DNA of 63,994 nt, the filler included, from Perkinsus olseni (taxonomy: Eukaryota): assembly GCA_013115125.1 (NCBI GenBank). It is 9 parts of 9 records of this genome, joined end to end, with 100 filler letters (N's around TTAATTAATTAA, not from the genome) between each part and the next. Parts side by side here need not be neighbours in the genome. Positions count along the whole stretch, not along the records: positions 1 to 7,238 come from JABANN010001040.1; positions 7,339 to 14,543 come from JABANN010001041.1; 7 more parts are not named here. The stretch is one strand, 5' to 3'. A model generated the notes under the pieces. The model did no database searches, was not told the DNA's origin, and was given only the letters and a program-made list of their open reading frames with translations. Both the position numbers and the translations under genes were made by a program. Below are positions 1-10,400 of the stretch, one piece after another (the stretch's first letter is position 1; each line of letters opens with the position of its first letter).

Positions 1-70
<70 letters not shown>
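1..70. repeat. (TAG)n microsatellite at the window edge, in an intron of the GT2 paralog
   Basis: Pure gtagta... tract. Similar (TAG)n/(GAT)n tracts occur at ~418-452, 1570-1677, 4070-4119, 6557-6622 and 18620-18666. Confidence 0.95.
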
Positions 71-73
<3 letters not shown>

Positions 74-83
74 GGATACTTAC

Positions 84-417
84 ACCTTGTGTTGGCCACT
101 TGACTACAATGGCTGCTGCTATGAATAATACCACATCGAGAAGGACATCAACAAATATTATCCAATCTAACCAACTTGTAGCTCTCCATATTGATACCAC
201 ACCAACGAATGCTGATACTATCTGATGAAGATGTACTACTACCATAAGACTACAATATTGACTGCATCATCAATACTACGACTACTACCGATGTTAGTGG
301 CTGAGCATTCTGTGGTGAGAAGTATATAACGAGGAATTGAGAGCATATGATGAGGAGTATGTAGAACAATGTGAGTAGCATAGTACCTAACGAGAAGGAA
401 GAGTAAGTGGTGGTGTG

Positions 418-454
<37 letters not shown>

Positions 455-1567
455 CAGTAAGAGGAATACGTATTCTCTGCCTGGTGACATATCTCTTCCT
501 CTTATCATTGCCTAGACTCCTCCATTGATGTAGGCGCCTTCTCCAGGCATTCGATTCAAACCTCTTACGCGGATCTCTCGACAAACTGATGACCACAGAT
601 GATCGACGTGACATGATAGACGATATGATAACGATGGTATGACGACTGTCCTTAATATTATTACAGTTGTGATTTCCCATTATATTTGGTTGTGGCTCCT
701 GATGATCCTCTAGTTGAATAATATGATGTAGCAACACCAGCACCACCAGCAGGTTGGTGCATCATCATAGTACCATCATCACCACCACCACCTCCCACTA
801 CTTCATTGTACTTTATCATCCTTCTGTTATTATGACTGGCATTTGATCTCGAAGACCTGAGACGAGGATGATGATGATTAGCATGATAGAAAGTGTATGA
901 ATGTTCCTATTACCCATCGCCAGGATGATGATGATGATATGATGATGCTCGATGACTGCCCCCTCCTCGGTATATATTATCACGCGATGTATTCTTATTG
1001 TCATTCGCTCTATGATGTGATGATGTTGATGATGATCCATTGATGATATGATTGTGATGGCTATTATAATGATAATCATCAGATGCCTGTATCGTATTAT
1101 CATATATTGATGGTGATAATAACGAGTAGTTATGTTCAGCTTCCTCAGCCCAACGCTGTCTTATTTGATCTCTCAGATATTTCCGCTTTGGCGGTAAATC
1201 TGTAGACATCCTCACCAAGCCTTGCTCCTCTTCTTTGTTCATTGACCTCTCTACGCTCCATAATACCTAACTCATACAAACAGTACTCCTCACATTCATA
1301 TTATTATAATCATCTTATTACCAATTCACCAATAAACCAGAATAATGTTATGAAGGCAACTGCTAGTATTAGACCCCTCATAGCCAATATATTGCTCGGT
1401 GTTACGGTGAAATAGTAGGTACAATGAGACGCCTGTTGTACCTGATAATGATGATAATTAGTACTCCAAAACTACATACATAACAAGAACAATGACAGCG
1501 CTACTACCTGGTAACAGTTCATCTGGTAATATACTTGTTCTCCATGTAGAAATACATAACCTGAATA

Positions 1568-1598
<31 letters not shown>

Positions 1599-1617
1599 CG
1601 AAGTTAATAGGGGAGTA

Positions 1618-1677
<60 letters not shown>

Positions 1678-2612
1678 CACATTGTTGATTGTCCGCATCC
1701 GGCGTAGTGGAATGTGCAATTTGTGACGGATCTGGGCATATCCCACCGGCAGAATCTTTGCATACTGACGTGCATGGTGATGTCAGATAACATGTTATTG
1801 GATCTTCTTCTGATGATGGTAATACACACATCCCCAATGCTTCAGTAGGAGGTGTGCCTGGTGGCATCTAACAAGAATAATATGATACTCATACTGACGG
1901 AATCTGATCATGTAACCTCACATCAAGACTCTCGCTCTTTATATAGTTACTAAGATCCACACTATACCTATAAGGGATGACGACTATGATGTTGATGATG
2001 ATATTATTATTATTGATATGGCTCTAGTAGTTATTATTACCCTAATGATAATCTACAAGTTGGCCCTTGATAAAGTTTCCGTGATAATTGTACCATTTCT
2101 GATAAAGCTGGACATGTTAGTATTGGATATGTATTGGTAGAATTATCGAATATCCACATGATACCATAACTATGCCAAGTAGCAGCTATAAATAGACATA
2201 CTGCTAGAGTGAGACCCAACATCAACACTCGACCCAATGCCTTCAATATACTGGGTGATGGTATCTTTATTGCCTGTTGCTGAGCAGCATACCTTGGTGT
2301 CTCAGTAGCAGTGATACCAGGACTGAGCGGCGATGGTGAGATGGAAGGGAATGATGAACGATGTTGGTGATGCTGGGCCACTTCTGATGAAGATGATGAT
2401 GATGGTGATGCTTCTTCTTGTACCACACTAGTATTTGAATAAGTGGCCATAGGCTGCTGCTGCTGCTGCTGCTGCTGACGGTGATTGTTGGAGTTCATGT
2501 TATTGTCGGCATCATGAATATAATGATCAGTATTATTATTCCATGATTGTCGCCTTGACATCCTCTCCTGTGGTGATACACCACGCTGATGATGATGGGA
2601 TGCTGACCTCAT
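84..2612 (-). CDS. Membrane glycosyltransferase family 2 paralog, multi-exon; N-terminal part only, catalytic domain beyond the window edge
   Basis: Exons match the neighbouring gene: LPPKRKYLRDQIRQRWAEEAEHNY vs LPAKRRFLRQQILERWAAEARFNY, and SRDPRKRFESNAWRRRL vs SRNPKKRFESNAWRRRL. Both have the Cys-rich GTPP.EAL..C.LP loop. Confidence 0.8.
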
Positions 2613-2719
2613 CGATGATAAGACGAAACAACGACAACTGATAAAGCACGCTTATGCTACAATTGTTATTAGATGACAACACAACAATGCAATTGAGAAA
2701 GGAGGAAGATATTATCATT

Positions 2720-2760
<41 letters not shown>

Positions 2761-2801
2761 ATATCAACAGCATCAGCATCAGCCCTCATTATCCTTCTTG
2801 C

Positions 2802-2833
<32 letters not shown>

Positions 2834-2928
2834 TCGAATGCTGGTGTTCATACTTGTAGCAGGTATACCATCATTAGTAGTAAGGAGAACCTTTCTCTTC
2901 TACCATGGTAAGAATAGTATAGCTCGTC

Positions 2929-2971
<43 letters not shown>

Positions 2972-3332
2972 ACAGCAGCGGCAGTGGTAGTAGTAGTAGT
3001 AGCAACTATTTACTGAAAATAGCTTGGTAGCAGCAACAGCCGCGGCTGGGTTGGAAATAACAGCATCGTAAGGACGATGGTGATACACGTTGAGAGGGTC
3101 TCAGGAATCCACGACGACACACCTCGGAGGGAATAGTGGATGAGGAGGACTCGATACTTGTTCTCACAACAACAGCAACTGCAACTGGACATATCATCCA
3201 GTGGTAGCGATGATAAGAGAACAACATTAGAGTGGATAACAACAGCACAAGTGAGGGAGCGGTAGTATCATCAGAGTAATGTAACGAGTGAGATAAGCAT
3301 CATAAATCATCACAGTAGTGATATTAATATTA

Positions 3333-4067
3333 TTAATGATGATTATTTGACGATCTCCTCTGTTGACCGGGTGGTGGCGGGATAACTTGAGGAGGATTCG
3401 ATGATGCAGCATCAGCATCAGCAGCAGCACTCGACGATCCCTGATCATCCTGCCCTGCTCCGTCATGCACTCGACCATCATTCTCTTCTGGTATGGTCGA
3501 TTCTGCTTGTTGTTTCTCATCCTCTGGAATATCACCAGTCCATACAGTAAACCAATCAACATCAGGAGAGGGTGGGCATGGTGGTATATCCCTAATCTCA
3601 TCTTCACGTACACCTGACAGTAATAATAACAACAACAACGAGGGGGAGTAGCTCTGTTGACTTACGTATCTTGATGCCCTTCCTAACATGAGAATATACA
3701 AGTAGATTTTGTAGTAGAGCACCAACACGGAATACCAAAGATGATAGACGATACCATGGGAAGGTTAGACAGGCACAGAAGGAGGAACGCAAATCATGAC
3801 GATCTCGTAATACGACGATCTCGAACAGGACAACCATGACGTATCTGAAAGAGGTTCATTATACTCCTGTTGCTGCTGCTGCTGTCCTCGGTATTACATC
3901 AGGCCTGTGAATATAACAAACATGAATAGGAAACTAACCCAATCACGGATGATTAGCCCACATAGAAGGAATGTACGTAACCAATCTAGCACGATTGTTA
4001 GTAACTGAAAGGTAACAATGACAACAACTGCTACCGCCGGTATGGAGCACGACGACGACGACGACGT

Positions 4068-4119
<52 letters not shown>

Positions 4120-6556
4120 ATTACCTCCTGAAGGAAGTATGGTTTTAGAACCCAACTGGCTAAGTGACACCAACTCCTAGGGTTAATAATCTCCCATATG
4201 TAGGTGAAGGTCTTCTTATGTGAAGTTACATCCCATGACTTAACACGCTGTCTGAATAGCATACCCCAGTTATCGGGAGCATAGGTTGGTACGATAGCCT
4301 GGGCTGAGGATATGATCTTAGAATCATCCCTCTTCCTCAATAATGACAAGCCCATATACATATCCTCACCATTGAATACTGTATCATGCTCATAGAATAT
4401 CTCATCAAGAGTCTCTCTATCCCATAATGCCACAGCACCATGACAACTTAGTGATCGTGCAAGAGTTGCTTGGAAGAGTTTATGCAAACCAGCAATCTTA
4501 TACTCGATATCTTGGCATTGTACCAATAGATTGGGTTTACCATCAGGTGTTGCTGCAGTGATGGGGAAGTGGACTGCTTTGATGTTAGGATTCTGATCCA
4601 GTAGTTGATGAGGTATGTGTAGATCTGGAGGGAGGGGCACATCATCATCGATGATAACAGCATATTTAAAGTCAGTTACTCTACCATTCTGGACAAGATA
4701 AGGTATCCAATATTTATTACACCAATAGAAGGCAAAGGTCTTATTACCCTCTGGTACATAAAGATAATTAATATCAGGATGTACCTGTTGTGTGGCCCAT
4801 TGATTGTCATCTACTGGTACTGGTGATACACCATTATCACATACAAATATATGGCTAGGTGGGAATACCATAAGAGCTGCCCTCAAGGTGGCAGTGAAGG
4901 TCTCATACCTTTCCTCCGTCATAGTAGATTGATGGCATGCAATGAGTAGACATACATCCCTTGTCATACCTTGACTGAGTACAAAGTCAACAGTCTCTGA
5001 CTCATCACTAGGGGCAGTCATCATAGATCGAGGCGTCATATCATCATCATCTTCCTCCTCCTCTTGTTGTTGTTGTTGTTGCAATTGAGCCAAGGGCCTC
5101 TTCTCGTCGTCGTCGTCATCATCTTCTTCTTCTTCAATGGCCTTAGGTATGCTGGCCTTCAACTCCTCTTGCATATGCTCAGCAAAGACTGGCTTCTTTG
5201 GCCACTTAACCACAAACATAGCACAACCGAATAGGAATATATCCAGTAGTACATCCAGAAAGATGAGCCAGTCCAATACTGATGTTGCATCCCAGATGGA
5301 TACCACACCAACGAAGGCATCATACAGACTATCATCAGGGTTCATGTGTTGAGGTGAGAATCTCATTATGAACCATTCAGTGAATATAACCAGAAGAATA
5401 AAGAAGATATTCAATAAGCCAGTCCTCAGCTTTTCCTTATTAACAAATGCCTTCTTCTTGTCCTGATTAAGATTCCTATATTGGTCCAACCTTCGCCTCC
5501 ACGCATTAGACTCGAACCTCTTCTTAGGATTACGTGATTGTAGTTGACTCTTCACCCCGGGTACATCACTCATATACTCACCAGCACCAGCAACACCATA
5601 AGGAGATTGTGCTGCTACTGATGGTGATACCATACTTTCATTGCCACCAGGGGTTGTACCATTACCCCATACGGAACCAGCTTGAGAAGCATGAGCATAA
5701 TTAAACCTAGCCTCAGCAGCCCAACGTTCCAGTATTTGTTGTCGTAAGAATCTTCTCTTAGCAGGTAGTTCAACACCCATCCTAGCCATACCCTCAGCTT
5801 GCTCTTGACGTAAACCCCTGTCTACACTCCTCAGGGCGAATTCAGCGACTATCCAGAATAGTATCATAACAACAGTAGCTACAATGAGACCTCTAATGGC
5901 CAATATATTAGAAGGAGTAACCTCAAACTTTCTACCACAATAGGCTGCTACTTCCAATTTATAACATGCCAATTGTTCAGTAAAACTTTGTCCAGCCAAC
6001 CATATATTACACTGGACGTTATTGTCCATATCAGTCTTATCCTTCTCTAATACCTTACCAGCAGGACATCGACCGTTGGTATCAGCTTCACGGCACATAT
6101 AATCACAAGAATTAACAGAGAAGCACGTGATGAAGCCCTCATCATCATGTGGCAGAATACATCGTTCCAATGCCTCCTCGGGTGGTGTGCCATAGGGGAC
6201 GGTAATACCTTCTCTCTTCATACGATCAGCCAAGAGGAAATCATATTTAATAGACATAGAACAAGTTGGACCCCATAGATCCTTCTCCTTGAAGTGGAAC
6301 GAGCTCGCTAAACTAGGACATTGATAAATAGGCCATAGGTTAGTAGTACTATCATATACCCAACTATAACCACGACAAAACCTACAACAGACTCGACTCA
6401 CCAACCACAGGCATCACCCTAAGCATTAACATTATACTTACCATATTGCAGCTACTATGAGACAACATGTTAGAACTACTATTAAGAATGCTACTCTCCC
6501 AAATATAGGGCATATTGGTGGGGCCTTCACCTACAGGGAGAAATAACAATGTTGTG

Positions 6557-6623
<67 letters not shown>

Positions 6624-6758
6624 AAATATTACCTTAGGCACCACATAATGGGGTTCAGGAGCCTCTATGGACTCTGGAGACGGGGATTGCTGCTGCTGCA
6701 GTAGTCCTTCCTGCGTATTCCTTCCTTCACCAGTTGTTGTTGTTGTTGTTGTAGCCAT
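3333..6758 (-). CDS. Processive membrane GT2 beta-glycosyltransferase (chitin/hyaluronan synthase/NodC-like), multi-exon
   Basis: Main ORF 3894-6404 has VCDNG, VIIDDD (DxD), QDIEY, GAVALW, NGED and QRVKSW (QxxRW-like) plus multiple TM segments. First exon starts at ATG 6758; last exon ends ...DVDWFTVW...NNHH* at 3333. Confidence 0.85.
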
Positions 6759-7170
6759 GTTGTTTTTGGAGTTGATGTTGTTTATAAGGATGGATGAGGA
6801 ATAGTAAGGAAAGAAGGAGGGGGAGGACGAGGAACAATAATGAAATACAAATACAACTGAGGAGAATAGTAGGTTGTTGTAGGTGTGAAGGTGGCAAGCA
6901 AAAAAACAAGTCTTGATGGTGATAGAAACAACACGAAGAGGAAGATCATCAATACTAACGGAAATAGCTGCTTATGTTAATGATGAGTGATTGGAAGAAT
7001 AAAGAGGAACAACACCTTACTTTGAAGATGCACAGCATCATCATCATCATCATGAGTCAATGATGTATACTACTATCTTACTAATAGTATGTAGTCATAG
7101 GAGTAGTGGTAGTAGATAGATGCCTCCGTTATCGAGGACTTCTTGTTTTCGGGGTAGACAACCTCTTCTC

Positions 7171-7171
7171 G

Positions 7172-7238
<67 letters not shown>
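7171..7238. repeat. (GTT)n microsatellite at contig end
   Basis: Pure tract running into the N gap. Confidence 0.95.
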
Positions 7239-7338
7239 NNNNNNNNNNNNNNNNNNNNNNNNNNNNNNNNNNNNNNNNNNNNTTAATTAATTAANNNNNN
7301 NNNNNNNNNNNNNNNNNNNNNNNNNNNNNNNNNNNNNN
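7239..7338. other. Artificial contig linker (N44-TTAATTAATTAA-N44); also at 14544-14643, 21822-21921, 29086-29185, 36337-36436, 43574-43673, 50804-50903, 58033-58132
   Basis: Identical 100-nt spacer with stops in all six frames. Internal contig lengths fall monotonically from 7205 to 7129 bp. Confidence 0.98.
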
Positions 7339-7498
7339 ATTTGCATTACCAGCATAGAACAGCATGAGTTGCATAGATTACCCTCAGTTGCTTAGATTAG
7401 TTATGTTAGCCTGGACCACCTCCCCAACTCGGTTCTAGGGTGTAAGGACGACATCGAGCCCAACTCCTTTATCACTCCACTCTCTAGGACTGGGAGAG

Positions 7499-10400
7499 AT
7501 GAAACTGGAGCAGAACATTCTCTTCAAGAACCCCCCCCCCCCGGGTCGCCGGTCATCAGCACCTACCCTACCGTTTCTCAACGATTTGAGCGAGGTTGAG
7601 ACGATCACCAAGGTGCGATCCACAGAACCTATACTCGGTCACAAATGGTCTGGGGACGCCGATGTCGTCGGCTACCAAGAATTCAGAGAGCGCATCAAGA
7701 CCGAGCCTATCTACAATCGTGCTCCAACCTTTCTTCGGCTGGAATTCCTCTCCGGCCAACTACACCCATCTATCTGGGGAGTTACTGAGAGCAAGGTATA
7801 TCTTAGGGCCTCCAGAGCAGGCCACAGTCTATCTGATGAGCTCAAGCTCCGCTGGATATGGGAACGACTAGACGCCACCTATGGACACCACCAGAGAGAC
7901 TTTCAGTCTAGTTGGGAAGCACTATGCCTCGAGGAAGGAGAGTCATTCGACAATTTCTTGTCACGCCTATACTCTATTGGTCGACGGTATGCAGAAGCCC
8001 GTGGTGCATTTCTCACAGACTATGAGATTGCTCATCGGCTCCACAAAGCCATGCCCGACAAGCTAAGAGAACTATTGGATACACACGTTGATATCTCTGA
8101 CGACCTCGAGCAAATGGAGGCCTACTGCAGGAGATGGTGCAAGAGGTGGCACAACTGCAAACAAGTCTTTCATGCGAAAGTTGCCGTTGCCGTAGAGTCC
8201 GCGAAGCCTATTACTAACCATGCGCCTCCCACCGGTGGTACAAGCCCTGGTACTGGTATGGGGATCCCTCTGGGGCTGAGTCCAGAGAAGGTGGACTCAC
8301 GCAATGGGCCTATTCTAAGCTCTCGGTGTCAACGCTGTGTATGTGACGGTGATCATGTCGCGAAGCACTGCCCGGCACCATCCCCTACGGATTCTGCCAA
8401 TAGGTGCAACTGGTGCGGGTTCTACCATCCAAAACGCACCAGATGCCCCGGATCTAATCCTAGGCACAAACGATGTGATCGTTGTGGCACACCTGGTCAT
8501 CTTGCCCGAGCATGTCTTCGTGCTCACCCTCGCCCACCACAAGAACCATCATCATCGGAGCCACAGTCTACCACTGAGCAGAGTGGTCTGGTTCCCGAGG
8601 AAAGACCGGTGCCTACTCTTATAGAGCAGAATAGTGCCATTATCCTGGAAACACCGGCATCACCGACACTCCACAGCAAGCTGCGCTTCCTCTACTATGT
8701 CACAACTGGTCCTAACAGAGCTCCGGATGGCCAACCTCGTCGGAGAGGCATGATTGACTCGGGCGCTACGGCATTCTTTGCCAGCTCACACTGGTGGGAA
8801 ACCGAGAAGCTAGACCCCCACTTCGAGACCAAGAACTGCCAGTGTGTTGCATCTTTGGCCGCCAATCCGGCAGACTCGGATAACAATGGCTCTCCAATAA
8901 GCCAATACACCGTAAGAGATGTTCACTTAGACGATGGAACCGTCCTCCGCAACTGTGTCATCTACCATCTCCCCGGAGGCTGCCACGACCTGATCATCCC
9001 CAAGTCTGCACTGTCCTCTGGAGGCAGTGATGTGGTATGGCTATCTACAAGCTCAGGCCGTGATATTCTCTTGATCGGCAAGGCTGCCTCCCACGCTCTA
9101 TCTTGCCTCGATGAGGCCGGGCTCACCAAGCACTGTGTGGTACATGACCCTACCTATAAGGAACTCCACTCGAGCGGCGAGGACGCGCAGCATGTTGAGC
9201 ACGTTGAGTCTGCCAACTACATCGGGGTTAATATTGACCTTCGTGGACGAGACCAACACAACCAGTCTTGCCCTGGTCCCACTCCGGATTGGTCCTATAG
9301 CATTGTGGACTCGACTCTGCTCAAAGACATATTGGACGACTCTGTGGGGGACAAGACGGTCGTGAGAACCACCGATACTAAAGATGGTGAGAGACCCGAG
9401 GCTACATTCCTCTACTTCGAGCTCGGGCCACCTTCTCGAGATGCTCCTCTAGGACGGCTCCAAGTTCGTGCACCCTGGAAAGAGCAAGGTTATGTTCCCG
9501 GTGCGGTTGAGACGAAACGCGCCTTTGCCCAGGCTAGGCGAGCTCATCACTCTCTCTCACCTGTCCACCAACGCGAAGTCGCCAAGAAGGTAGATGAGCT
9601 AATTACCTGCGGCTACATCTCTAAGGCACGGGTTATAGGCGAAGACTCTTCCACACCACAAGACCTCCCGGTCATTGAAGCTGCTATGCCCATGTTCGGC
9701 GTCTGGAACAAGGGAAAAGGGAAGGTGCGTCTGGTAGTTGATGGCAGCTACTTTCGCAAATTCACCTCCAAGGCTTCTCCACCCTACGACGACACGCACA
9801 TGACGCTGTTCTACAATCTACTGTCTCTGCGCTCAGCGGCATTCTTCGTCGTCGGTGACTTTGCTCAGGCCTATCATTCGATTGGCTTACACTGCGGAGA
9901 CGCTAAGAAGTTCGGCGCGATTTGCGTCGAACAGGCGTATATCTGGCATAGGGTCGGGTTCGGTCTCAACTTCTCCGGCGCTGGGTTGTCACAAGGAGTC
10001 GAAGCCATCAAGCATCTCCATCTAGCATATAGTGGTGACAAAGGAGCCGATGCTGTACCGCAACCATGGAGACACATGTGGACGCAGTTCTGCATCAACT
10101 GGGAGCGAGCGCTGGCCGACGGCCGACTCGACAGAGCCATGGCAACCATCCAGGCGGCGAAGGCGCTACACAACCTGAAGCTGTACGTCGACGACTATCA
10201 CTCCTGCGACGACGACCCTAAGAAGTGCCTCAGTGATCATCACACATCCGCCACCCTTGCTCAAGCTCATGGGATCGCTTCTCATGAATCTAAGGTCTTC
10301 ACCAACATCCCGGCGGCGACACAGCAAGAGTATGATCCAAGCTGCGAGATCCCTACGCCTGACCATGCGCCATTCCTCGGACTGAAGTGGTCCAAGGAGC

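Noticed and set aside
239-3248. Short ORFs with poly-L, poly-Y, poly-T or poly-M tracts
   Set aside because: They are translations of intronic or intergenic trinucleotide microsatellites in non-coding frames.
7239-7338. Recurrent TTAATTAATTAA motif every ~7.2 kb as a biological periodic element
   Set aside because: It is embedded in fixed-length N runs and has stops in six frames, so it is an assembly spacer. Cross-contig gene neighbourhoods were therefore not interpreted.
7403-7498. In-frame upstream ATG and TAG before gag-pol of element 1 as a second readthrough site
   Set aside because: The upstream frame is only 11 codons with no recognisable motif or leaky context, and is expected by chance.
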